Origin: an uncultured Chloroflexia bacterium
GTDB lineage: Bacteria > Chloroflexota > Limnocylindria > Limnocylindrales > CSP1-4
Length of the DNA: 64,000 bases
Direction: 5' to 3'
Assembly (NCBI GenBank): GCA_963801745.1
Contig: CAWDFY010000002.1
Location: 108,885-172,884, forward strand
Positions 1 to 11,227 of the stretch are shown here, piece after piece (the stretch's first letter is position 1; each line of letters begins with the position of its first letter). The notes under the pieces are model-generated. The model saw only the letters and a program-made list of their open reading frames with translations, searched no databases and was not told where the DNA came from. Made by a program: the position numbers and the translations under genes.

Positions 1-1
1 C

Positions 2-1489
2 CCGGTCGACGGGCTGTCGACCGAGGAGCGCATCACCCGGGACATGCTCCGGGTCATCGGCGAGCTGTCGATCGAGGAGGACGACCAGGGCCTCCACCAG
101 CTCCGGGTCGTCGACCAGATGGGCGGTCCCCAGCAGCTGCTGCCGCAGCTCACCGCGTTCCAGCCGGTCGACACGCCGGAGCGGCTCGAGGCGTTCATCG
201 GTCGCCTGCGCGCCTACCCGGCGTTCATGGCCGCCAACGCCGACATCCTGCGGGAGGCCCTCGACAGCGGGCTCACGGCGCCGTCGATCGTCACCGAGCG
301 GGTGATCGCGCAGCTCGAGCGGATGCTGGCCATCCCGGTCGACCGGGCGATCGTGCCCGGCAGCGTCCAGGGCGCCTCGGACGAGGACCGCGAGCGGATC
401 CGCGACGTCGTGCGCGATGTCGTCTATCCGGCCGACGCCGCGTTCCTGGAGTCGATGCGCGGCGAGTACCGCCACGCGAGCCGCGAGGAGCCGGGCATCT
501 GGTCGGCACCGAACGGTGACGCCATCTACCGGACGGCCATCCGCAGCTGGACCACGCTCGAGCTGGATCCCGAGGAGATCCACCGGATCGGTCTGGAGGA
601 GCTGGCCGCCATCGACGAAGAGCGGCGCGACATCGCTCGTGTGGGCGGGTTCGAGGGCGACGTCGCGGCCTACCGCGCGTCGCTCGAGGACGCCCCCGGC
701 AACACGCCGGGCAGCAAGGACGAGCTGGTCGAGCGGGCCCGCGAGGACATCGACCGGGCGATGGCCGAGGCGCCCCGCTACTTCGGCGTCCTGCCCCGCG
801 CCGGGCTCGAGGTGCGGCCGGTCGAGGAGTACAAGGAGAAGGACGCGCCGTTCGCCTACTACTACCCGCCGTCGGCGAGCGGCGACCGGCACGGCATCTA
901 CTACGCCAACGGCTACGACCTGCCGTCGCGCAAATACACCAAGCTCGCGTCGACGACCTACCACGAGGCGGCGCCCGGCCACCACTTCCAGATCGCGCTC
1001 GAGATGGAGAACCCGAACCTCATCACGTTCCGCCGGCTCGGCGCGCGAATGGTCGGTGGCGCGTACGTCGAGGGCTGGGGGCTGTACAGCGAGCGGCTCG
1101 CCGACGAGATGGGCCTGTACCGGTCCGAGGCCGAGCGGTTCGGGATGCTCGACGGGCAGGCGTGGCGGGCCGCCCGGCTGGTCGTCGACACCGGTCTCCA
1201 TGCCCTGCGCTGGGACCGGCAGCGGTCGATCGACTTCATGCGGCAGGACGCCGGCCTGTCGGAGACCGACGCCGTCATCGAGACCGACCGCTACATCTGC
1301 TGGCCGGGCCAGGCCCTCACGTACATGCTCGGCAAGCGCCAGATCGAGGCGCTCCGCCGCCAGATCGCGGCGCGCGACGGGGACCGCTTCGACCTCCGCG
1401 AGTTCCACGACCAGGTGCTCGGACACGGGTCGCTGCCGCTGGCCACGCTCGCCCGCGAGCTGCCGACGTGGGTGGCCGAGCCGGCCTGA
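2..1489 (+). CDS. DUF885 family protein (putative metallopeptidase), 5'-truncated by the window edge
   Basis: Motifs HEAAPGHHFQ, YVEGWGLYSE, RAARLVVDTGLH and PGQALTYMLG are typical of DUF885; the frame is open upstream of the ATG at 44. Confidence 0.85.
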   Translation, partial: PVDGLSTEERITRDMLRVIGELSIEEDDQGLHQLRVVDQMGGPQQLLPQLTAFQPVDTPERLEAFIGRLRAYPAFMAANADILREALDSGLTAPSIVTERVIAQLERMLAIPVDRAIVPGSVQGASDEDRERIRDVVRDVVYPADAAFLESMRGEYRHASREEPGIWSAPNGDAIYRTAIRSWTTLELDPEEIHRIGLEELAAIDEERRDIARVGGFEGDVAAYRASLEDAPGNTPGSKDELVERAREDIDRAMAEAPRYFGVLPRAGLEVRPVEEYKEKDAPFAYYYPPSASGDRHGIYYANGYDLPSRKYTKLASTTYHEAAPGHHFQIALEMENPNLITFRRLGARMVGGAYVEGWGLYSERLADEMGLYRSEAERFGMLDGQAWRAARLVVDTGLHALRWDRQRSIDFMRQDAGLSETDAVIETDRYICWPGQALTYMLGKRQIEALRRQIAARDGDRFDLREFHDQVLGHGSLPLATLARELPTWVAEPA

Positions 1490-1507
1490 TCCCGGTCGCG
1501 CGGCACC

Positions 1508-2893
1508 TTACGAGTCGAAGCCGACCCCGATCGCGTCGAGGGTTCGGAGGATCAGGCTGCGTCTGCCGCCGTTGCGGTCCGCGCGGTCCAGCTCGTGGCG
1601 GACGGTGTCGATCGTGAACGAGCGCAGTGGCTCGGGCGGGAACGGGATCGGCGGGCTGGCCACGATCCGCAGCCGAAGGCGGTCCTCGCCCGGCCGGAGG
1701 ATGAGATCGCGCACGACGCCGCCCGCCCAGCGGCTCGCCCCGACCCCCAGCCCTGTGTAGCCGAGGGCGTACACGACCCGCCTGCCCAGCAGTCGCCCGA
1801 ACGTGACCGTGAACCGCGAGGTCGTGTCGATGGCGCCGCCCCAGCGATACGGGAAGTCGAGCCCGTCGAGCTGCGGGAACGCCCGGAAGAACTGGGATGC
1901 GAGGCGGGCGAAGCTGGCCGGTCGCCGGTCGAGCTCGGGTCCGACCCGGCTGCCGCGGTGATGGATCGCGTCGTAGCCACCCCACAGGATCCGGTCGTCG
2001 GCTGTCAGGCGGAAGTAGTGGAACTGGTTGTTGCCGTCTGACAGCCCCTGGCGCCGTCCCCAGCCGATCGACGCCCGCTGGTCGGGCGTCAGCGGCTCCG
2101 ACACGAGGACGTAGTCGTAGACCGGGACGAACGTCGACGACAGCCGCCCGAGCCAGCCCGAATACGCCGAGGTGGCCACCACGACGTGCGCCGCATCGAC
2201 GGTCGCCCCGTCGGCCGTGGTGAGTCGGACCCCGCCGGCGCGGCGGTCCAGGCGCGCCACCCGGGTGCGCTCGTGGATGCGCACGCCGCGTTCGCGCGCG
2301 ACGCGGGCGATGCCGCGGCACAGCCTGGCCGGGTCGAGGAGCACGTCGCGGCCGGGCGGTCGATACACGCCCGCGTGCCAGAGCGGCGAGTGGACCTCGG
2401 CCCGGGCGGCATCACGGTCCAGGAACTCGAGGTGCTCGCCGTGCTCGGCCGCCTCGTCGACCCACGCCCGGAACTCGTCCGCCTGCCACGCCTGGTCGGC
2501 CAGCGCCAGGACGCCGGTCTCCTCGAGGTCGCAGTCGACGCCGTTGTCGCGTGTGAAGGCGATGAGACCGGCGAGGTTGTCGAGCCCCTCCCGCTCGAGC
2601 CGCTCGAGCTCGTCGGGGAAATGCCGGATCCCGTTGCCGAGCCCGTGGGTCAGACTGGCCTCGCAGAAACCCCCGTTGCGGCCGCTCGCCCCAAACCCGA
2701 CGGTCTCCATCTCCAGCACGGCGACGCGCAGGGCGGGGTCCGTGTCGGTGAGCGCGATCGCGGTCCACAAACCGGTGAAGCCGGCGCCGATGATCGCCAC
2801 GTCGACGGCGGCGTGTTCCCCGGTGGATAGGGGCTGATCGGCGGTGCCGTCGGGTGCGGGGTCGCGGAGCCAGTACGAGATCGGCTCGGTCAC
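1508..2893 (-). CDS. FAD-dependent oxidoreductase, DAO/PuuB (gamma-glutamylputrescine oxidase)-like
   Basis: GAGFTG FAD motif, GASGRNGG, YFRLTADDRILWGG, GYTGLGV; likely GTG start at 2893 (VTEPISYW). Confidence 0.85.
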   Translation of the reverse strand: MTEPISYWLRDPAPDGTADQPLSTGEHAAVDVAIIGAGFTGLWTAIALTDTDPALRVAVLEMETVGFGASGRNGGFCEASLTHGLGNGIRHFPDELERLEREGLDNLAGLIAFTRDNGVDCDLEETGVLALADQAWQADEFRAWVDEAAEHGEHLEFLDRDAARAEVHSPLWHAGVYRPPGRDVLLDPARLCRGIARVARERGVRIHERTRVARLDRRAGGVRLTTADGATVDAAHVVVATSAYSGWLGRLSSTFVPVYDYVLVSEPLTPDQRASIGWGRRQGLSDGNNQFHYFRLTADDRILWGGYDAIHHRGSRVGPELDRRPASFARLASQFFRAFPQLDGLDFPYRWGGAIDTTSRFTVTFGRLLGRRVVYALGYTGLGVGASRWAGGVVRDLILRPGEDRLRLRIVASPPIPFPPEPLRSFTIDTVRHELDRADRNGGRRSLILRTLDAIGVGFDS

Positions 2894-3008
2894 CGCGGGA
2901 TGGTCGCACGTCTCGCGCACCTGCACCGCGACGTCGCGCGATTCGTGGGCACATGGCAGCGAGCGACGGATTTCGTGGCGCGCGCGCCACGTGCAGACGA
3001 ATGTCGCG

Positions 3009-3067
3009 TTGACGCCCGTTCGAGGCGTGTGGCACGATGGGCGCCCGCGCGTCCCGTATCGCGCAAC
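3009..3067 (+). promoter_or_regulatory. Putative sigma70-type promoter plus possible IclR-type operator
   Basis: TTGACG (3009-3014), 18-nt spacer, CACGAT (3033-3038); imperfect palindrome GTCCCGTATCGCGCAAC at 3051-3067; iclR is the second gene of the operon. Confidence 0.35.
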
Positions 3068-3117
3068 GCCCGTCCCACGGTCCGGGCCCCTCCCCGCCCC
3101 GCCACTCGAGGATCCGC

Positions 3118-4521
3118 ATGGCCACTGAGCCCGCCCCCGCCCACGTCGTCCCCGACCTCCGCCGCGACCGCCAGCGGGCGCTGTATCGGCGCGCGTCCGA
3201 GCGACTGCCCGGCGGCACGGACTCCAACTTCCGGGCGTGGGGCGACGACACGATCTACGTCGATCGCGGCCAGGGCGGGCTCGTCTGGGATGCCGACGGC
3301 AACGAGTTCGTCGACCTGCGCATGGGCTACGGTCCGGTCATCCTCGGACACGGCGACCCGCGCGTCGACGACTACGTCAACGAGCGCATGCGCAAGGGCG
3401 TCAGCTTCAGCCTCACGAGCGAGGACGAGATCCGCGCTGTCGAGCTCGTGTGCGAGCTGACCGGCTGGGTCGACATGGCGCGCATGACCGTTTCCGGCAC
3501 CGAGGCGACGATGCACCTGATGCGGCTCGCCCGGGCGTTCACGGGTCGCGAGCGCATCGTCAAGTTCGAGGGCCAGTATCACGGCGTCCACGACTACGCC
3601 CTGATCAGCGTCGGCCCCGACGACATGTCCGAGCTCGGTGACGCCGATGCGCCCGTCGCGCTGGCGTGGGGCCGGGGCATCCCGGGCGCCGTCGCCGAGA
3701 CCATCATCCCGGCCCGCTACAACCACATCGACCGGCTCCGCCGCCTGTTCGAGGAGCGGGGCCACGAGATCGCGGCCGTCATCGTCGAGCCCGTGCTCGG
3801 CAACGCGCAGGGCATCCTGCCGGCACCCGGCTTCCACCAGCAGATGCGCGCGTTGACCGAGGAGTTCGGGATCCTGCTGATCTTCGACGAGGTCAAGACC
3901 GGGTTCCGCTTCGCGAAGGGCGGCGCGGCCGAGTTCTTCGGGATCAAACCCGACCTGGCGTCGTACGCCAAGGCGATGGGCAATGGCTATCCGGCGGCGG
4001 CGTTCGGCGGCCGGCGCGAGATCATGGAGCTGCTGCCCGAGCACGTCAGCCACGGAGGCACGTACGCCGGCAACCGGGTCGCGGCCGCGGCTGCGGTCGC
4101 GACCCTCCAGATCCTGCGCGACACGAACGCGCTGGACACGATCCATGCCACGGGCCGGACCATCCAGGATGGGCTCAAGGAGATCCTCGAACCGGTCGGC
4201 ATCCCCTACCACTTCACGGGGCACCCGTCGATGTTCGGGCTGATGTTCCGTGAGGAGGTCGCGACCGAGTATCGCGACTGGGCCACCAGCGACCACGAGC
4301 TGTACGACGCGATCGCGATCGGCATGCATGCCCGGGGTGCGATGCCCGAACCGGATTCGCGCGAGCCCTGGTTCGTCTGCGAGGCGCATGCCGACGCCGA
4401 CATCATCGACCGCGTGCTGACCGCCTTCTCCGAGTCGCTCGACGCGGCCCTCGAGGCGCGCGCCCACGGTGACGCGGCGCCGACGCCCCACGGCGGCATG
4501 GCCTCGCCGGCAGCCGGCTAG
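3118..4521 (+). CDS. Class III PLP aminotransferase (GSA aminomutase-like)
   Basis: SGTEATM, KFEGQYHG, LIFDEVKTGFR, YAKAMGNGYP (PLP Lys), HGGTYAGN; ATG at 3118. Confidence 0.85.
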   Translation: MATEPAPAHVVPDLRRDRQRALYRRASERLPGGTDSNFRAWGDDTIYVDRGQGGLVWDADGNEFVDLRMGYGPVILGHGDPRVDDYVNERMRKGVSFSLTSEDEIRAVELVCELTGWVDMARMTVSGTEATMHLMRLARAFTGRERIVKFEGQYHGVHDYALISVGPDDMSELGDADAPVALAWGRGIPGAVAETIIPARYNHIDRLRRLFEERGHEIAAVIVEPVLGNAQGILPAPGFHQQMRALTEEFGILLIFDEVKTGFRFAKGGAAEFFGIKPDLASYAKAMGNGYPAAAFGGRREIMELLPEHVSHGGTYAGNRVAAAAAVATLQILRDTNALDTIHATGRTIQDGLKEILEPVGIPYHFTGHPSMFGLMFREEVATEYRDWATSDHELYDAIAIGMHARGAMPEPDSREPWFVCEAHADADIIDRVLTAFSESLDAALEARAHGDAAPTPHGGMASPAAG

Positions 4522-4530
4522 GGTCCGCCG

Positions 4531-5340
4531 ATGGTCCTCGACGGCAACGCGGTCCGCTCGGTCGATCGAGCGGCGGCGCTCCTCCTGGCCCTCGGCGAGT
4601 CGCAGGGCGAGGCCGGCGTGACCGAGCTCGCGCGGCGCCTCGGGCTGCACAAGTCGACGGCCTCGCGCCTGCTGGCGACGCTGCAGAAGCGCGGCCTGGT
4701 CGAGCAGGACGACGAGACCGGCAAGTATCGGCTCGGGCTGGTCGTCATCCGGCTGGCCGAACAGGCCGAGCGGACGCTCGACTTGCGCGGCCTCTCGATG
4801 CCCGAGCTCGAGCGCCTGGCGCGCCTGACGCACGAGACCACCGGGGTCGGCATCCTCGAGGGCGAGTCGCTCCTGACGGTCGCCCAGGTCGACGGGCCGA
4901 ACCTCATCGCCGTCGGCGACTGGACCGGCCGTTCGACACCGCTCCACTGCGTCGCGTCGGGCAAGGTGCTGATGTCGTCGCTCGCCGAGCGGGAGGTGCT
5001 GCGGATCGTCCGTCGTGGCCTCGTCCAGTACACGGAACGGACGATCGTCGAGCTCGAGCCGCTGCTCGAGGAGCTGGCGCGGATCCGGCGGCGAGGGTAC
5101 GCGACCGCGATCGGCGAGTACGAGCTCGGGCTGAACGCGGTGAGCGCGCCCATCAACGATGCGCGGGGCAACGTGATCGCCGCGGTCGACATCTGGGGCC
5201 CGGCCTTCCGGCTCACCCCGCGGCGCATCCCCGAGCTGGCGGCGCAGGCGCGCGAGGCTGCGGCCGCGATCTCGGTCCGCCTGGGCGCCTCGGTCCCGGA
5301 GCGCCAGCCCGCCGACGCACCGGTGCACGCGACGGCCTGA
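4531..5340 (+). CDS. IclR family transcriptional regulator
   Basis: N-terminal wHTH (GVTELARRLGLHKSTASRLL); C-terminal PLHCVASGK and RRRGYA..GEYELGLNAVSAP. Confidence 0.92.
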   Translation: MVLDGNAVRSVDRAAALLLALGESQGEAGVTELARRLGLHKSTASRLLATLQKRGLVEQDDETGKYRLGLVVIRLAEQAERTLDLRGLSMPELERLARLTHETTGVGILEGESLLTVAQVDGPNLIAVGDWTGRSTPLHCVASGKVLMSSLAEREVLRIVRRGLVQYTERTIVELEPLLEELARIRRRGYATAIGEYELGLNAVSAPINDARGNVIAAVDIWGPAFRLTPRRIPELAAQAREAAAAISVRLGASVPERQPADAPVHATA

Positions 5341-5345
5341 TCAGC

Positions 5346-5517
5346 CGGTTCCATCGCGCCACGCGTCAGGCTGGCTGACATGTCAGCGGTGCTGACCTGA
5401 TCGGCACAGCCGTGCACGATCGATCGCCGGGATCGCCAGATCCCGCAGTCCGAGCGAGTTGCCCGTGCTGGTTCATCGCGTCTGTGTCATCCGCGCTGAC
5501 ATGTCACCTGCCGTGAC
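5346..5517. repeat. Two copies, 121 bp apart, of a paired GTCA-N7-TGAC palindromic element
   Basis: gtcaggctggctgac-at-gtcagcggtgctgac (5365-5396) and gtcatccgcgctgac-at-gtcacctgccgtgac (5486-5517); both are preceded by ggtt(c)catcgcg. Confidence 0.75.
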
Positions 5518-6296
5518 GTCCCGATATCGAGTCGGCGGGCGGCATCGGCGTAGTCGCGGAACGGTGCCCGTGTCCGACGCCCGTCGGAGCGCGATGGCAG
5601 GAGCCAGTCGCGGCGACGGCTGGTCGGGTCGATCAGGGCCAGGCCACGGGCGCTGGTCGCGAGCCGGGCCGGCTGCACCAGGTCCAGGCGCATCTCGCCG
5701 GCTCGCCGCGGGAACGCGAGCTGCAGGACATCGCGGTATGCGCGCAGCGCGTCATCCACCTCGTCGCTCGCCAGGAGCACCAGCCAGCTCGTCACCGTCT
5801 GCGGGACCCAGCCCAGGTCACGGGCGACCGGGATGGCACTTCGCTCGTACCACGCCACCTGCCGCTCGAGCGCGCCGATGTCATCGATCCGGGTCTTCAC
5901 CTCGATGATCAGGAGGGCACCCGTGTGCGGATCGAACGCCAGCAGGTCGATCCATCCATGCGAGCGCTGGCCGACGACCTCGACCTCGCGCGCGGTCAGC
6001 CATCTGTCGGCGCGCATTCGTCGGTCGACGTAGCCGGAGCATCTGGCGTGGACCGCATCGCCGACGCGTGTCCCGAGCACGAACGGTGGCCGCCCGACGA
6101 CCTCGATGTCCACGCCGAGGGCGTCGCCGATCCGCATCACGACGTCGAGGGACGAGTTCGCCTGGCCGGCTTCGATCATCGCGATCGTCGATCGCGAGAC
6201 GCCGGCTGCATCGGCGAGCGCCTGCTGCGTGATGTCCAGAAGCGTGCGGGTCTCGCGACACAGTCGCGCGAACTGGATCCGGATCGGGACGGTCAC
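5487..6296 (-). CDS. XRE-family HTH fused to a PD-(D/E)XK restriction-endonuclease-like domain
   Basis: ITQQALADAAGVSRSTIAMIEAG (XRE HTH); GWIDLLAF...LLIIEVKT (D...ExK motif). Confidence 0.75.
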   Translation of the reverse strand: MTVPIRIQFARLCRETRTLLDITQQALADAAGVSRSTIAMIEAGQANSSLDVVMRIGDALGVDIEVVGRPPFVLGTRVGDAVHARCSGYVDRRMRADRWLTAREVEVVGQRSHGWIDLLAFDPHTGALLIIEVKTRIDDIGALERQVAWYERSAIPVARDLGWVPQTVTSWLVLLASDEVDDALRAYRDVLQLAFPRRAGEMRLDLVQPARLATSARGLALIDPTSRRRDWLLPSRSDGRRTRAPFRDYADAARRLDIGTSRQVTCQRG

Positions 6297-6398
6297 GTGC
6301 GCAGTGAACCAGCGAGCGCTGCACGGAGACTCAACAGGCCGCGGTCACGGCGAACCCGACCGGTCAGCACCGGCGACGAGACTCGGTAGGCTAGGGGC

Positions 6399-7283
6399 AT
6401 GACGCCCGAGGATCTCGACGGCATCGTCGCGTGGCTGCGGACAACGATCGTGCCCGTCCTCTTCATCGCGATCGTCGCCCTCATCGCGATGCGCATCGCG
6501 AGCGTGTTCGTGCATGGCATCGTGCGGGCGCTGTTCGACCGCGAGGCGGCCGAGGGCACGGCCCAGCAGCTGACCGCGGCCGAGGTCAAGAAGCGGATGG
6601 ACACGCTTGACGGCCTGGCCACCCAGCTCATCCGGTTCTTCATCGGCGTGATCGCCCTGCTGATGATCCTGGGCACGCTCGGGCTGGACATCGGGCCGGC
6701 CGTGGCGGGGCTCGGCGTGGTCGGCATCGCGATCGGGTTCGGCGCGCAGGCATTCGTCCGCGACTACTTCAACGGCGCGCTCATCCTCATCGAGAACCAG
6801 TTCAGCGTCGGCGACGTCGTCCGCCTGGCCGGCGTCGACGGCACGGTCGAGGATTTCACGCTCCGGCGGACGACGGTCCGCGACATCGACGGCATCGTCC
6901 ACACGATCCCGAACGGCGAGATCAAGGTCGCCTCGAACCTCACCCGCGTGTGGGCCCGCATCAACCAGGACGTGACGGTGCGCCACGGCACCGATATCGA
7001 GCGGGCGATCGTGGTCGTCGACGAGGTCGGCCTGGCGATGGCCGCCGACCCGGCCTGGCGATCGCGCATCCTCGAGCCGCCGCGAGTCGACCGGGTCGAG
7101 GCGATCGGCGAGCAGGGCGTCACGCTCAAGATCCTCGGGTCGGTGCGGGCGCCGGAGCAGTGGGCCGCGGCCGGCGAGTACCGGATGCGCCTGCTCGCGG
7201 CCCTCGATGCACACGGGATCGACACGCCCGGCCGCGTCCGTCCCGCCGACCCGGACCGCTCGACGCCCATCGCGTCGCGGTAG
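6399..7283 (+). CDS. Small-conductance mechanosensitive channel (MscS/YbiO family)
   Basis: GIAIGFGAQAFVRDYFNG, ENQFSVGD, GTVEDFTLRRTTVRD..G.VHTIPNG. Confidence 0.92.
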   Translation: MTPEDLDGIVAWLRTTIVPVLFIAIVALIAMRIASVFVHGIVRALFDREAAEGTAQQLTAAEVKKRMDTLDGLATQLIRFFIGVIALLMILGTLGLDIGPAVAGLGVVGIAIGFGAQAFVRDYFNGALILIENQFSVGDVVRLAGVDGTVEDFTLRRTTVRDIDGIVHTIPNGEIKVASNLTRVWARINQDVTVRHGTDIERAIVVVDEVGLAMAADPAWRSRILEPPRVDRVEAIGEQGVTLKILGSVRAPEQWAAAGEYRMRLLAALDAHGIDTPGRVRPADPDRSTPIASR

Positions 7284-7315
7284 GATGACCCGGCCAGCAT
7301 GACTCCCGGAGGTGG

Positions 7316-9298
<1,983 letters not shown>

Positions 9299-9299
9299 C

Positions 9300-9953
9300 G
9301 TGCCGTTCGATTTCCTGAAGCGCAACAAGAAGCCCGAGGCCGACGAGGCCGCTCCGCCGGCCGCCGATGGCCCGGCTCCGGCCGATGCGCGCGGCATCGC
9401 GTTCGACGGCCTGACCGAGGAGTGGCGGATCGTCGGCAACATGGAGGTCGGCAGCCGGCTGTCCGACGTGTTGAACAAGCGCGAGTCGATCACGATCTCC
9501 GACGTCCGATGGGCGCCGGCCGACGGATCCGCGGGCTTCGAACCGGCGCCCGGGCTGCGGGCGATCGATCCCTACGACCTGATCCTCGTGCTGGCCGGCG
9601 AGACCACGCTGCCGCCGCTCACCGACGACGAGAAGTCGGCCCACAAGGTCCACAAGGTGTCGTACGACGTCGCGATGGAAGTCCCGCCGTACCGGGTCAT
9701 CGGGACGGTGTTCCTCCATCCCGGCACCGATCCCGAGCGATTGCTCGACCGGGCGACGGAGATGTTCGTGCCGGTCGTGGACGCGACCGCGTATCGCGGC
9801 GATCAGGCGATGGGTCCGGAGATGGACGCGGTCCTCGTCAACCGCGCCTACCTGCGTGGCATCCAGCAGGTGGATCGGCGGACCGGCGAGCGTCCTCCGG
9901 AGCTGCCCGGCACGCCGATGGGCGGCACGTCCTGGCAGGATCGGTCTCGATAG
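9300..9953 (+). CDS. Hypothetical protein with two DUF6812-like beta-rich repeats
   Basis: GTG at 9300 directly after the acs stop; RLSDVLN, YRVIGTV, FVPVVDA, VLVNR patterns; similar to the gene at 61998. Confidence 0.6.
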   Translation: MPFDFLKRNKKPEADEAAPPAADGPAPADARGIAFDGLTEEWRIVGNMEVGSRLSDVLNKRESITISDVRWAPADGSAGFEPAPGLRAIDPYDLILVLAGETTLPPLTDDEKSAHKVHKVSYDVAMEVPPYRVIGTVFLHPGTDPERLLDRATEMFVPVVDATAYRGDQAMGPEMDAVLVNRAYLRGIQQVDRRTGERPPELPGTPMGGTSWQDRSR

Positions 9954-9992
9954 CGTCGAGCGCCTGACCCGACTAGGGCGGCGGTCGCGGGA

Positions 9993-11222
9993 CTACGAAG
10001 CGCGCGCGGTCGTCTTGGCGCGGTTGAACAGGCCGAACGGCACCTTCATGGCCGGCGCCGCGACCGGGGTGCCGAGCACGCGGTCCGCCAGCGAGTCGAA
10101 GTCGTCGGTGATCCGTTCCTTCGGGAACATCTCGATGAGCGTCCGGCCCTCGTTGGCGGCCCGGACGAACAACAGTCCGCCCGACCTGATGAGGGCGATC
10201 GACGGCATCCCGACGGTCCGCTCGATATCGGCTACGCCGACGCCGCTGTTGGCCCGGTTGATGACGAGCGACAGCCGCTCGCGGACGCCCAGCTCGGTGG
10301 CGTAGTCGGCCAGCTGGACCGCGGCCCGGATGGCCGGCACGTCCGGGGTGACCGGGACGATGATGCGATCGGCGATCGTGAAGATCGCGTCGTTGAGCTT
10401 TCCGTACGACGGGTGGAGGTCGACCACGATGAAGTCGACGCCGCGGCGTGCCGCTGTGATCTCGTCGGCGACGCGGTCAGGCTCGAGGATGTCGGTGTCG
10501 AGCGGCGACGACGTCAGCGCGGCGACGCGCATCCCCGAGGGATGGGCCGATGCGATGTCGTCGAGGCTCTCGCGCGGGCCGCCCTCGGCCTGGTCGCGCC
10601 AGCTATCGGACAGCGTCCGCACGCCGTCGATGCCGAGCGACGTCGCGACATGGCCGGTGACCGTGTCGGCGTCGACGAGCAGGACCTTGTGGCCGCGACG
10701 CGTCTGGAGGACGGAGGCGAGGTTCGTGGCGATCGTCGTCTTGCCGACGCCGCCCTTCGGGTTGAAGACCGCGATGATCGTCGCCCGGCTCGCCCATCCG
10801 TCGGTCTCGATCGGTCCGCCCTGGAGGATGGGGCCCGATCCGTCGTCGACGGTCTGGCTGCGGATGCACATGGCCTCCACGCGCCAGCGGATCGACTCGG
10901 CCGAGTAGGGCCGGGTGAAGTACTCGTCCTCGACCTCGCCGGACGCGGCCTCGAGGCGCGTCATCGCGCGCTCGGACATGACCATGAGGGCCGGGATGGC
11001 GCGACCCGCGTCGCGCAGGAGCGAGTAGTACTCGAGCGACTGGTCGAGATCGGTCTCGCCGTCGAGGATGGCGACCGCGACGTCTCGCCGGCTGGCGAGC
11101 AGCGCTTCGAGCTGCTCGGGTCGGCTGATCGACGCGACCGTGAAGCCGGCCGCTCGCAACTCGGCCGCGACCGGCGCCGCCTCGCTACCGGGCAGGGCTA
11201 CCGCGATGGCCGGGCGGGCCAT
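9993..11222 (-). CDS. Pseudo-receiver domain plus MinD/ParA-type ATPase (CpaE/TadZ-like)
   Basis: Deviant Walker A KGGVGKTT, LLVDAD, IVVDL, VINR, AANEG; receiver-like N-terminus keeps AILD but lacks the acidic pair and conserved Lys (TRPYS). Confidence 0.8.
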   Translation of the reverse strand: MARPAIAVALPGSEAAPVAAELRAAGFTVASISRPEQLEALLASRRDVAVAILDGETDLDQSLEYYSLLRDAGRAIPALMVMSERAMTRLEAASGEVEDEYFTRPYSAESIRWRVEAMCIRSQTVDDGSGPILQGGPIETDGWASRATIIAVFNPKGGVGKTTIATNLASVLQTRRGHKVLLVDADTVTGHVATSLGIDGVRTLSDSWRDQAEGGPRESLDDIASAHPSGMRVAALTSSPLDTDILEPDRVADEITAARRGVDFIVVDLHPSYGKLNDAIFTIADRIIVPVTPDVPAIRAAVQLADYATELGVRERLSLVINRANSGVGVADIERTVGMPSIALIRSGGLLFVRAANEGRTLIEMFPKERITDDFDSLADRVLGTPVAAPAMKVPFGLFNRAKTTARAS

Positions 11223-11227
11223 GGCCG

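Noticed and set aside
2928-2990. GC-only palindromes (GCGACGTCGC, GTGGCGCGCGCGCCAC)
   Set aside because: Low-complexity GC palindromes are expected by chance at this base composition
3118-4521. Assignment as hemL
   Set aside because: The family motifs fit, but there are no heme genes nearby and the context is catabolic
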